From Myxococcota bacterium (GTDB lineage Bacteria > Myxococcota_A > UBA796 > SXON01), in the NCBI GenBank assembly GCA_040386535.1, contig JAZKFH010000002.1, positions 96,001 through 160,000 of the forward strand: a DNA stretch of 64,000 bases, given 5' to 3'. Each line of letters starts with the position of its first letter. Within the stretch, counting starts at the first letter, position 1. The notes below the pieces were generated by a model. It was not told the DNA's origin and did no database searches. It worked only from the letters and a program-made list of their open reading frames with translations. The position numbers and the translations under genes are program-made. Positions 26,884 to 35,655 of this stretch are shown here, piece after piece.

Positions 26884-28869
26884 ATGTTGCCGGCCCTCGT
26901 CGCTCTTGCCCTCGCCGCCCCCACTCCCGCGGGCTCCGAGGCCCGTCCGGTCCCGGCCGCCCACGAAACACCCGTGCCCGCGCCGGGTGCGATCGTCGCC
27001 GGCATCCCCGCCGACCTCGCGCAGGCGATGTGGCAGATGGAGCTCCTCCGGCTCCCGCCGGGCGCCTTCTCCGCCTGGGTGGGCCACGCCGATCCGCGCG
27101 TCCGCACGCGCGCCGCCGACACCCTCGGGCGCCTGCGGGACGCCGAGTCCGCCATTCCGCTCGCGACGCTCCTCGACGACCCCGTGGTCGAGGTGCGCGC
27201 GCACGCCGCCTTCGCGCTCGGGCAGACCCCGACCGGCATCGTCCCGCTCGGCCGCCGCTGGGCGGTGGAGACCGACCGCGTCGTGCAGGGCCGCATCGCC
27301 GTCGCCATCGGCAAGCAGGGCGGGCCGGAGGCCGTGGAGATGCTGCTCCCCGCGCTCGCGGGCCCCATGGCGGTGGCCGCGGCCGACGGGCTCGGGCGCC
27401 TCGGCATGCGCAAGGTCGCGGGCTCCAGCTCCGACCGCGTCGTGTCCGCGCTGCTCGACACCACCACCTTCCCCGTGGGGGACGCGCGTCGGCGGGCCGC
27501 CTGGGCGCTCTCCCGGCTCGCGCTCACGACGGCCACCGCGGACAGTGCGATGCGGCTCCGCGCGCTCGCCCTCGAAGACGGCGACGCGCTCGTGCGCGGC
27601 TGGGCCCTGCGCGCCTGGCTCGGCGTGGCCTCCGAGGCCGCCCGCCTGGACGGCATCACGCTCGCCTCGGATGACCCCGCGGTGAACGTGCGCATCGCCG
27701 CCGCCCGCGGCGCCGCCAAACACGCGGGTCCGGGCCTGACGCCCGTGCTCGTCCGGCTGCTCTCCGACCCCGATCTCTCCGTCCGCATCGAGGCCATCGC
27801 GGCGGTCGGCGCGGCGCCCGAGGTCGACGCGAAGAGCCTGCTCGCGCGCCCGTTCGCCTCCGACATCCCCGAGGAGCGCGCCGCCGCGCTCCGGGCGCTG
27901 GCCCTCAAGAAGGCCCTCCCCGACAAGGCCTCCAAGTGGGCCGACCCCTCCGAGCCGATGATCGTGCGCATCGCCGCCGTCGAGGCCATCCGCGACCGCA
28001 ATCGCCTGCTCGCGCTCGCCTCCACCGCCAAGGAGCCCGCGATCCGAAGCGCGGCCGCGGGCGTGCTCCTGGAGGACGCGCCGCGGCAGGCCGAGCTGAT
28101 CGCGCTGCTGGGCGGCGCCGACCTCACCATCGCGCAGGCCGCGGCCTCGGCGATGAAAGAGGCGCCCGATCCCGCCGCCGAGCCCGCGCTCCTCGCCTAT
28201 CTCGAGCGAAAAGGGATCTCCGCGGAGCAGGCGGTCGAGGGCGTCAAGGCGCTCGCGGCCCTGTACGACACCGGTCGCCTCCCCCGTCCGGGCGCGGCCG
28301 CCGGCGCCGCCATCCGGCCCTGGCTCCGTCACCCCGCCATCGAGGCCGACGCCGAGCGGCTCGCGGCGTTGTTGGGGGTCGCCCCGCCCCGTCGGCGCCA
28401 TCCCGCGCGGCGCCTGCCCCTCCTCGGCGACGCGATGCAGATCCGCTCGGCGCGCATCTTCACCAGCGAGGGCGAGATCCGCGTGGCGCTCACCCCCGAG
28501 GCCGCGCCCTACACCGTGTGGAACTTCGCGCGCCTCGCGGAGGACGGCTACTACGACGGCCTCCGTTTCCACCGCGTGGTGCCCGACTTCGTCATCCAGA
28601 CCGGCGACCCCCGCGGCGACGGCTGGGGCGGCCCCGGCTACGAGATCCCCGACGAGATCAACACGTTGACCTACGGCACCGGCGTGATGGGCATGGCGCT
28701 CTCCGGCCCCGACACCGGGGGCAGCCAGTGGTTCATCACGTTGTCCCCGCAGCCGCACCTCGACGGCACCTACACGGTGTTCGGCCACGTCACGTACGGC
28801 ATGCGCAGCGCCTCCGCGATCCAGGTGGGCGACACCATCGATCACATCGAGATCGAGCGGATCCCCTGA
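26884..28869 (+). CDS. Exported HEAT-repeat protein with C-terminal cyclophilin-type PPIase
   Basis: Signal peptide, HEAT repeats (DPRVRTRAA, VVEVRAHAA, AVNVRIAAA), then FHRVVPDFVIQTGDP, GSQWFIT, PHLDGTYTVFG. Confidence 0.9.
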   Translation: MLPALVALALAAPTPAGSEARPVPAAHETPVPAPGAIVAGIPADLAQAMWQMELLRLPPGAFSAWVGHADPRVRTRAADTLGRLRDAESAIPLATLLDDPVVEVRAHAAFALGQTPTGIVPLGRRWAVETDRVVQGRIAVAIGKQGGPEAVEMLLPALAGPMAVAAADGLGRLGMRKVAGSSSDRVVSALLDTTTFPVGDARRRAAWALSRLALTTATADSAMRLRALALEDGDALVRGWALRAWLGVASEAARLDGITLASDDPAVNVRIAAARGAAKHAGPGLTPVLVRLLSDPDLSVRIEAIAAVGAAPEVDAKSLLARPFASDIPEERAAALRALALKKALPDKASKWADPSEPMIVRIAAVEAIRDRNRLLALASTAKEPAIRSAAAGVLLEDAPRQAELIALLGGADLTIAQAAASAMKEAPDPAAEPALLAYLERKGISAEQAVEGVKALAALYDTGRLPRPGAAAGAAIRPWLRHPAIEADAERLAALLGVAPPRRRHPARRLPLLGDAMQIRSARIFTSEGEIRVALTPEAAPYTVWNFARLAEDGYYDGLRFHRVVPDFVIQTGDPRGDGWGGPGYEIPDEINTLTYGTGVMGMALSGPDTGGSQWFITLSPQPHLDGTYTVFGHVTYGMRSASAIQVGDTIDHIEIERIP

Positions 28870-28894
28870 CGGAGTGAGGGTCTCGAGCAGGCGC

Positions 28895-28949
28895 GGGGCG
28901 CGGTCCCCGGCGCCGGTCCGCTACCGCGTCCCGACACCGACCGCGCCCC
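28895..28949. terminator. GC-rich inverted repeat between convergent genes (possible terminator or REP-like element)
   Basis: GGGGCGCGGTC (28895-28905) pairs with GACCGCGCCCC (28939-28949); outer GTCTCG/CGAGAC pair; no U-tract. Confidence 0.4.
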
Positions 28950-28970
28950 CGAGACATCTTCGCTCGGGTG

Positions 28971-29924
28971 TCACCCCCAGACCCGCGCGACCATCCCCGC
29001 GTGCAGGCGCCGCACCGCCGCGGCGTCGGGCAACCCGAGCACCGGCGGGTAGGCGATCGTCGCCAGCGAGCGAACAGCTGCGCGTCGCGCCGCGACCACC
29101 CGCCTCCGCTCCGTCGGAGCCAAACGAGGCAACACCCATACGTGCACCGCGTGCGCCAGCTCGGCGTGCCGCGCCTCGTCCACCGCGATCGCCGCCATGG
29201 CCTCGGCGACGCGCGGATCCTGGGCCTCCCGGGCCTGGTGGAGCGCGACCACGGCCGCCCACGTCTCGTTGACACACCCCTCGACCGCGTTCTCCAGCGC
29301 GATCGCCGCCAGGGCCCGGTTCGGGACCGCGCGGACACGGGCCCGCGGCGGGGTCACCCCGTGCGCCCGCGCCAGCCCGCCCATGACGCGCGCGTGGCGC
29401 ACCTCGTCGCGCGCGGCCGACCGCGCGGCGTCCACGAGGGCCGCGGGCGCGCCGTGCTCCACGAGCTCGCGGGCAAGGCGCGCGAACGCCGGCACCGACG
29501 CCGCCTCCGCGTGGGCCGCGCGCGCCAACCAACGCGCCGCGCCGCTTCCCGGGAGCCGCGCCCGCGCGAGGCCCGCGGGCCGCCGCCCCTCGCAGACCGT
29601 GTCGTAGCCGCACGTGAGCACGAGCCCGCCGTCGTCGGTGGGGGCCTGCCCGTCACACGACACGGCATCGCCGTAGAAGGTCATCGCCTCTTCGCAACGG
29701 GCGCGGCACTCCTCCTCGGACACCACGTTGTCCTCCCCCGCGAGGATCACGAGCTCCTCGGCGGAGTACGTCAGCTCCTCGGTGCGGTGCTCCTGCACGA
29801 AGCCGCAGCAGGAGTGGTTGCAGCCGGTGTCGTCGACGATGACCGGATCGGTGTCGCCCGTGTCCTTGTCGTCCGTGGAGGGGCAGCCGGCGAGGATGGC
29901 GAGCAGCAGGGGGGTGAGGCGCAT
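28971..29924 (-). CDS. Ferritin-like di-iron domain lipoprotein with Cys-rich N-terminal region
   Basis: Lipobox LAGC; HAEAASVPAF, DEVRH, ENAVEGCVNE, DEARH. Confidence 0.8.
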   Translation of the reverse strand: MRLTPLLLAILAGCPSTDDKDTGDTDPVIVDDTGCNHSCCGFVQEHRTEELTYSAEELVILAGEDNVVSEEECRARCEEAMTFYGDAVSCDGQAPTDDGGLVLTCGYDTVCEGRRPAGLARARLPGSGAARWLARAAHAEAASVPAFARLARELVEHGAPAALVDAARSAARDEVRHARVMGGLARAHGVTPPRARVRAVPNRALAAIALENAVEGCVNETWAAVVALHQAREAQDPRVAEAMAAIAVDEARHAELAHAVHVWVLPRLAPTERRRVVAARRAAVRSLATIAYPPVLGLPDAAAVRRLHAGMVARVWG

Positions 29925-29958
29925 GTACGGACGATAGCCGGGTTTGTGGGAGGTGGAC

Positions 29959-30906
29959 TTACACCACCCCTGCGTAGACCGCCGTCGTCCCCGCGACCAT
30001 CCGCGCCACCGAGAACCCCTCCGCCCGCACGATCCCCTCCCCCAGCGGCCGCGTGAGCGACGCGCGCATGCCTGCCGCGAGCGCGACGGAGTCGCCCGGC
30101 GGGACGAGCATGCCCGCGTTCCCGACGATCTCCGGCAGGCCCCCGGCGCTAGTGGCCACCACGCGGCACCCAGCGCCCATCGCTTCGAGGACCACCTGCC
30201 CGAGGCCCTCCTCGACCGAGGGGTGCACGAAAACGTCGAGCGCCGCGAAGAAGGCGCCCAGCGTTGGGAGCGTCCCCAGGAAGTGCACGCGGCCACGGAG
30301 CCCGAGCGTCGTGACGCGGGCCTCCAGGATCGCGCGGAGGGGCCCGTCTCCCGCGACCAGCAGCGTGCCGGGCGTGTGCACCATCGCGTCCACGAGGTGG
30401 ACGTGGCCCTTGTGCGGCACGAGCGCGCCGGCGGCGCCCCAGAACGGCCGCTCGGCCTCGATCGCGAGCGGTGCTTCCCGCGGAGGGGCGACGACGCCGT
30501 CGTGAACCACCAACACACGCTCCACGCCGGCCGCGCGCAGGATCCGCGCCACCGCCTCGCTGACGGCGACGGTCGCCGCGACGGGCCGGTACTTCCACGG
30601 GTGGCGCGGCGCGAAGTCGACGCGGCGGTGCACCACGAGCGGGCGCCCCGCGAACAGCGCGATGCCGTGCGCGTGGGGCGTGTGCGCGGCCACGAGATCG
30701 TAGGGGCCCGCGGCGCGGCGCAGGCGCAGCACGTTGCGGGGATCCCCACCCGGGTGGAGCGCGACGGCCGGCGGCCCCACGAGCGCGGCGAGCGGCCCGT
30801 CGGGGACACCGGCCCAGGCGTCGTCGGGGCGCCCGGCCAACAGGTACACGAGCTGACGCTGGCCGCCGCGGAGCTCCAGCGCGGTGTCGACGTGGAGGGC
30901 TCTCAC
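29959..30906 (-). CDS. Glycosyltransferase family 4
   Basis: RGGQRQ, HRRVDF, HKGH, FVHPSVEEGLGQVVLEAM, GGLPEIV. GTGA overlap with the upstream gene. Confidence 0.9.
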   Translation of the reverse strand: MRALHVDTALELRGGQRQLVYLLAGRPDDAWAGVPDGPLAALVGPPAVALHPGGDPRNVLRLRRAAGPYDLVAAHTPHAHGIALFAGRPLVVHRRVDFAPRHPWKYRPVAATVAVSEAVARILRAAGVERVLVVHDGVVAPPREAPLAIEAERPFWGAAGALVPHKGHVHLVDAMVHTPGTLLVAGDGPLRAILEARVTTLGLRGRVHFLGTLPTLGAFFAALDVFVHPSVEEGLGQVVLEAMGAGCRVVATSAGGLPEIVGNAGMLVPPGDSVALAAGMRASLTRPLGEGIVRAEGFSVARMVAGTTAVYAGVV

Positions 30907-31598
30907 GGGAGGGTGCGCTTCACCAGGGTCGCCTTCACCGGCCCCGCACGCGAGCGCACCAGCGCGGCGAGCGGCACCCGCGCGGCGTCGTCGGTGATCC
31001 ACACCGTCATCTTCGGCTCGACGTCGTCGTTGCCGTGGTCGGTCAACACCTCCACGCGATAGGTGGGCTGCCCATCGTAGAGCTCCACGGCGGCGGTCCA
31101 CACGACCATCGGGATGGACTTGCGGCCCGTCCACACCTGGTAGTGCACGCGCTCCCCGACCGGCCCCGCCTCCTCACGCAGGCGGTAGAACGCCGACACG
31201 GGGTCCTCCGCGGCGGGTGCGGGGGCGTAGCGGTCCTCCCAGCTGCGCGGGCCCTCGTCGAAGCGCTGCGTGTGCGCCACCACCACGGCATCCGCGGTGA
31301 ACCGGTTGTCCGAGTCCTTCTCGAAGCGCCCCTCGCGGAACCGCGTCACGTAGCGGGAGGAGCCGACGCCGGGCGTCCACTCCGACCGGAGCAGGTCGTC
31401 GATGGGGTACATCGACGCGAGCCAGCCCGCGCTCTTCGCCCCCGCCTCGAACACCCACCCCGCGCGGCTCCCCGCCGTGGTCGACCACGCCGAGCCCGCG
31501 CTGATGCCCATCCACGAGATCGCCCAATCGAGGCGCTCACCGGCGGAGAGCGGGGCCTCGGCGGCGAGGGTGGTGGCGACCAGCCAGAGGGCGAGCAT
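30903..31598 (-). CDS. DUF3108-like exported protein
   Basis: Signal peptide; GERL.W.ISWMGISAG, DPVSAFYRLR, VWITDDAARVP. Confidence 0.75.
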   Translation of the reverse strand: MLALWLVATTLAAEAPLSAGERLDWAISWMGISAGSAWSTTAGSRAGWVFEAGAKSAGWLASMYPIDDLLRSEWTPGVGSSRYVTRFREGRFEKDSDNRFTADAVVVAHTQRFDEGPRSWEDRYAPAPAAEDPVSAFYRLREEAGPVGERVHYQVWTGRKSIPMVVWTAAVELYDGQPTYRVEVLTDHGNDDVEPKMTVWITDDAARVPLAALVRSRAGPVKATLVKRTLP

Positions 31599-31637
31599 CC
31601 CCTCCACCGTAGCGCGGGCGCGCCGCCGGAGGCGCTC

Positions 31638-32363
31638 CTAAAAGTTGACCCGACGCTCGGTGGAGGGCTCGTCCATGCGCGGCGCCATGCGCGGGCCGGT
31701 CGGCTCGACGGGGGCAGGCGCGGCAGAGCGCTGGGGGGCGGTGTCGGTCACGCCGGAGGCGCCCGTGCCGGAGGAGGGCGAGGACGACGAGCGGCTCGCG
31801 GCCGGCGGCTCGGACGGGGCGAAGCCGATGGGCTCCGTCGGGTCGCTGGGGAACAAGGGCTCGTCGTAGAACGGCTCCTCGTCCGCCTCGGCGCGGGGAT
31901 CCTCGGCGGGGAGCTCGACCGCGCCGGCGCCCTGCCCAAAGCTCAGGGCCCGGGTCTCCGTGCGCGCCTCGGCACGGGGGCTCGGGGGCGCGGCCACGGG
32001 CACGACCTGCGTCGGCTCGACCGAGGCCTGCACGGGCACTGCGGCCGAGGCCGAGTCTCCCGCCACGACCGGGAGCGCGTCGAGGCCCGCCGTCGCGCTC
32101 ACCGATTCTTCTTCGAGCGCGGCGTCGTTCTGGAGCCCGATCGCGACCGGGGTGCGCACCGACGTGCGCATGAAGCTCTGCACCCGATGGCACGGCACGA
32201 TCACGATCACGCCGGTCAGCGGGCCCTCCGTCACCGAGAGCTGGCAGTCCCCACCGAACTCGTAGCGGGCGAGGTCACCCTCGATGGTGGCGCCCGAGTC
32301 GAGCGTGATGCTGTCGGCCCGGGCGGGCGCGAGGACGGCGAGCGAGGCGAGGAGGAGGAGCAT
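31638..32363 (-). CDS. Secreted hypothetical protein with small N-terminal beta domain and disordered tail
   Basis: Signal peptide MLLLLASLAVLAPARA; DSITLDSGATIEG; Pro/Ser/Glu-rich C-terminus. Confidence 0.6.
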   Translation of the reverse strand: MLLLLASLAVLAPARADSITLDSGATIEGDLARYEFGGDCQLSVTEGPLTGVIVIVPCHRVQSFMRTSVRTPVAIGLQNDAALEEESVSATAGLDALPVVAGDSASAAVPVQASVEPTQVVPVAAPPSPRAEARTETRALSFGQGAGAVELPAEDPRAEADEEPFYDEPLFPSDPTEPIGFAPSEPPAASRSSSSPSSGTGASGVTDTAPQRSAAPAPVEPTGPRMAPRMDEPSTERRVNF

Positions 32364-32420
32364 GATTCGGTCTCCGCGAGGAAGGGCTGGGCTCTCTGAC
32401 ACCTGAGCGCCCCGTTTGCG

Positions 32421-33224
32421 CTACCGCCATCGGCGATGAAGCCAGAGCCAGCCGTGGGGATATTCACGGATCCGGGCTTCGTACCACGCGTTCGTGGCAT
32501 CGGTGAGGGCCTGGATATCGGCTGTGCGATCGCTTTTGTGAGGGGAAAGGTGAGGGGGAATCTCCAAGGGCGCGATGCAAAGATGGTGCCGCCCGACCCC
32601 CACGCGGTGTTGCCATGCGGCCCAGATCGGTCGGCCCGTCTTCGCAAACGCGGCCGCGATCCCCGCTGACGTCCGTGCCGGGCGCCCGAAGAACGGGCTC
32701 GGAATGCCCTTCGCGTGACGTTGATCCTGGACGAAAAACACCGCGCGGCCCCCTTCGAGCGCGGCATACGCGTCGTCCATCGTGGCGCCCGTCTCCAGCG
32801 CGACCAGATCGTGGCGCGCACGGTGCTCCGCCAGGAACTGGCGTGTCCACCGGTCGGACGGCGTCCGAAGGAAGATGGCGAGCGGGAACGTGTCCGCCCA
32901 GGCGAGCAGCGCCACGTCCCACGAGCCGCCGTGACCCCCGAGCACCAGGGCTCCGGGAGGCAGGTGCTCCGCGCCTTCGACCGTGATCGTGAGGCGATCG
33001 AACTGGAGAAGCTCGACGTACCCGAGGGCGAGGTCGTGCATCATCCGGGTGAGGACGGGCCGCGGCGCCACGTCGGGGAGCGAGGCCCGGAGCGCATCGA
33101 CCGCGTCGCGTCGCCGGATGGGGAGGATCCACCACCACAACCACGCGATCCCCCAGGCCAGCGGATCCGCGACGCGCAAGGGCACGCGCGCGAGCACGGC
33201 GACCAGGGCATCGCGGGGGTCCAT
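32421..33224 (-). CDS. lpxL: Lipid A late acyltransferase (LpxL/HtrB family)
   Basis: HxxxxD (HGGSWD), DQR, PFFGRPA, EARIREYPHGWLWLHRRW; coupled to waaA-lpxK. Confidence 0.8.
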   Translation of the reverse strand: MDPRDALVAVLARVPLRVADPLAWGIAWLWWWILPIRRRDAVDALRASLPDVAPRPVLTRMMHDLALGYVELLQFDRLTITVEGAEHLPPGALVLGGHGGSWDVALLAWADTFPLAIFLRTPSDRWTRQFLAEHRARHDLVALETGATMDDAYAALEGGRAVFFVQDQRHAKGIPSPFFGRPARTSAGIAAAFAKTGRPIWAAWQHRVGVGRHHLCIAPLEIPPHLSPHKSDRTADIQALTDATNAWYEARIREYPHGWLWLHRRWR

Positions 33225-35341
33225 CACCCCGCGGCGCCGGTCGGGCGCACGCCCTCGGCCACGCGCTGCGCGAGGGCGCCGAGCCGGGCCTCGAGCGCCG
33301 CGCGGCCCTCCACGATCTCGATGTCGATGAGCAGGGCGTGCACCGCCGCGCTGGGCGGGAGCCGCGCCGAGTCCTTCTCGGTGGTGACGACCACGTGATC
33401 GTCGAGCCACGCCTCGATGCTCTGGAGGTCGGACCACGCGTACGGGTGATGGTCGGGGAAGATCCACGCGCGATCGAGCGACACCCCGAGGTCGCGCACA
33501 TCCTGGAAGAAGCCCTCGGGCCGCGCGATGCCGGCGAACGCGGCGGCGGGTCGCGACGGGAGCGCGGAGAGCGGCAGGCGATGGCCCTGGTAGAGCCACC
33601 CGACCGGGCGATACCGGGCCTGCACCACGATGGCGCCGGGGCGCACGTGCGCGGCGAGCGAGGCCGGGAGTGGCCCGTGGTTGACCCACACGACGTCGGC
33701 CTTCTGGAGCCAGGACCGCGGCAGCCGCGCGGACCCCACGGGGATGGGACCGCCGCCGAGCGGCCAACGGGCGTCGATGACGACGACCTCGAGGTCCCGC
33801 GCGACGTCGCCGTACTGGAGCGCGTCGTCCAGGATGGCGAGGCGGGCGCCCCGCTGCACGGCGGCCTCGATGCCGGCGAACCGGTCGGGCGCGGAGGCCA
33901 CGCGGATGCCGCGGCGCGCGAGCATCACGAGCTCGTCGCCGAGGTCGGTCACCTCTCCCGTCAGGCGCACGTCGTCACCGCGGCGGCGCCCGTACCCGCG
34001 CGAGACCACCACGGGATCGTACTCCGCGAGGTAGCGCGCGATCCACGCGGCGACGGGGGTCTTGCCCGTGCCGCCGGCGGTGAGCGCCCCGACCGAGACC
34101 ACGGGCACGGCCGCGCGCCGGTTCGCGCGCGGGCGGAGCTGGACCCCGAGCATCCAGAACGGGACGAGCGGGTAGAGCCACGGACGGAGCGGGCGCTCGA
34201 TCGGGATCGGGCCGGTCAGGAGCGGCGCGATCGCCTCGGCCGCGCGCGCGGCGGCGCCGAGGGCCGGGCGCGCGGGACGCACGGCGGAGAAGGCCTCGAC
34301 GAACGCCATCGGGAGGTCGTCCGGCGACAAGGCGGGGTAGCTCTCCACCTCGCCCCACGCCGCGGCGTGCCCATCGGTGAACGGGCCGTGCACCACGGGG
34401 CAGCCGGCCGCCTGGGGCTCCGCGGGGCTGTGCCCGCCCACCCGCGCGTCGAACGTGCCGCCGATGAAGGCCGCGCGCGCCTTCCCGTAGAGCCCGGCGA
34501 GCTCGCCGATGGTGTCGAGCAGGACGATCTGCACGTCAGCGGGGACTGAACTGCCCAGGCTGCTCCGCCGTGCCCACCGCTCCCGACGCCCGTTCAGGAG
34601 CCGCGCCACGTCCTCGAAACGCGCGGGGTCTCGGGGGGCGAGCACGAGGAGCGGGCGCGGCTCCAGGACCCGCATGGTGTCGAGGAGAACGGACTCCTCC
34701 CCCTCCCACGTGCACCCCGCGACGATGGCCTCTCCGGGCCAGGTCAACGTCGGGCCGGGGACCGGCGCCTCGCGCTTGAGCTCCCCGAGCGGCGATCCGC
34801 CCACGATGGCGGCGGCTGCGGCGTCCGCGGGCAGCCACCGGATGCCACGGGTCAGCGCGGCCCACAACCCCGGCACGGACTGGATGCGGCGGAGACCAGG
34901 GCCGACCCGCGCGCCCACGACCACCACCGGGATGCCACGGCGCCGACACGCCCGAAGGAGCGCGGGCCACAACTCGGCCTCGACCAACAGAAGACAACGC
35001 GGGCGCACCCGATCGAGCCACGCGCCGACGACGATCGGCACGTCGACCGGCAGGCACGTGGTCTGGTCCGCGCCGGTACGCTGGGCGCGGGCATGGTTGC
35101 TGGTGCAGGTGCGTAGGATCGGCGCGCCGTTCACGTGCGGGCGCAGGGCGGCCACGAGGGCCTCGGCCGCACGCCCTTCGCCGAGGGAGGCCGCGTGGAT
35201 CCAGATGGCGCCGGGCTCGACTTCCAGGCGGACACGGCCGAGCCGCTCGCCGGCGTGGGAGCGGAGCCGGGGGTGGATCACGACGATCAGCGCCACGAGC
35301 GGGAGGAGGAGCGTGGTGAGCAGGCAGTAGAGGAGGATCAC
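33224..35341 (-). CDS. Fused Kdo transferase WaaA (KdtA) and tetraacyldisaccharide 4'-kinase LpxK
   Basis: WaaA part: WIHAASLGE, EAELWP, LLDTIGEL, GGHSPAEP. LpxK part: VSVGALTAGGTGKTP, SRGYG, GDE, ILDDALQ, AGIARP, FPDHH, TTEKD. One uninterrupted ORF. Confidence 0.9.
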   Translation of the reverse strand: MILLYCLLTTLLLPLVALIVVIHPRLRSHAGERLGRVRLEVEPGAIWIHAASLGEGRAAEALVAALRPHVNGAPILRTCTSNHARAQRTGADQTTCLPVDVPIVVGAWLDRVRPRCLLLVEAELWPALLRACRRRGIPVVVVGARVGPGLRRIQSVPGLWAALTRGIRWLPADAAAAAIVGGSPLGELKREAPVPGPTLTWPGEAIVAGCTWEGEESVLLDTMRVLEPRPLLVLAPRDPARFEDVARLLNGRRERWARRSSLGSSVPADVQIVLLDTIGELAGLYGKARAAFIGGTFDARVGGHSPAEPQAAGCPVVHGPFTDGHAAAWGEVESYPALSPDDLPMAFVEAFSAVRPARPALGAAARAAEAIAPLLTGPIPIERPLRPWLYPLVPFWMLGVQLRPRANRRAAVPVVSVGALTAGGTGKTPVAAWIARYLAEYDPVVVSRGYGRRRGDDVRLTGEVTDLGDELVMLARRGIRVASAPDRFAGIEAAVQRGARLAILDDALQYGDVARDLEVVVIDARWPLGGGPIPVGSARLPRSWLQKADVVWVNHGPLPASLAAHVRPGAIVVQARYRPVGWLYQGHRLPLSALPSRPAAAFAGIARPEGFFQDVRDLGVSLDRAWIFPDHHPYAWSDLQSIEAWLDDHVVVTTEKDSARLPPSAAVHALLIDIEIVEGRAALEARLGALAQRVAEGVRPTGAAG

Positions 35342-35655
35342 GAGGGGGACCAGCCGTACCGGGACATCGGCACGCAGTCCCCTTCGCCGGCGCCCTCGAA
35401 GAGCACGCCCTCCTCCTCCAACAAGGCGCGTTGGAGCAGCCCCCGCGCCGGATCGCCCTGGAGCGCGAGGCGCCCGGAGGAGCGCAGCACCCGGTGCCAC
35501 GGCACGGTCGTGTCGCGCGGCAGCGAGGCAAGCGCCCAGCCGACCTGCCGGGCGAGACGCGGCGAGCCGAGGACCGCCCCGACGTGGCCGTAGCCCATCA
35601 CCCGCCCCGCGGGGACCTGCTCCACCACGGCGTACACGCGCTCGCGAAAGCTCAT
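35338..35655 (-). CDS. Alkyltransferase-like (ATL/YbaZ-type) MGMT-family protein
   Basis: VPAGRV..YG.V, ARQVG, PWHRV (Trp replaces the catalytic Cys), QRALLEEEGV. Confidence 0.88.
   Translation of the reverse strand: MSFRERVYAVVEQVPAGRVMGYGHVGAVLGSPRLARQVGWALASLPRDTTVPWHRVLRSSGRLALQGDPARGLLQRALLEEEGVLFEGAGEGDCVPMSRYGWSPS

Noticed and set aside
32510..32590. More AT-rich stretch with a short imperfect repeat (gtgaggggaa) inside the lpxL-like gene
   Set aside because: The frame stays open in a variable loop region; no terminal repeats or target duplication to support an insertion.
35338..35655. MGMT lacking its catalytic cysteine as a pseudogene
   Set aside because: PWHRV is the established signature of functional alkyltransferase-like proteins.
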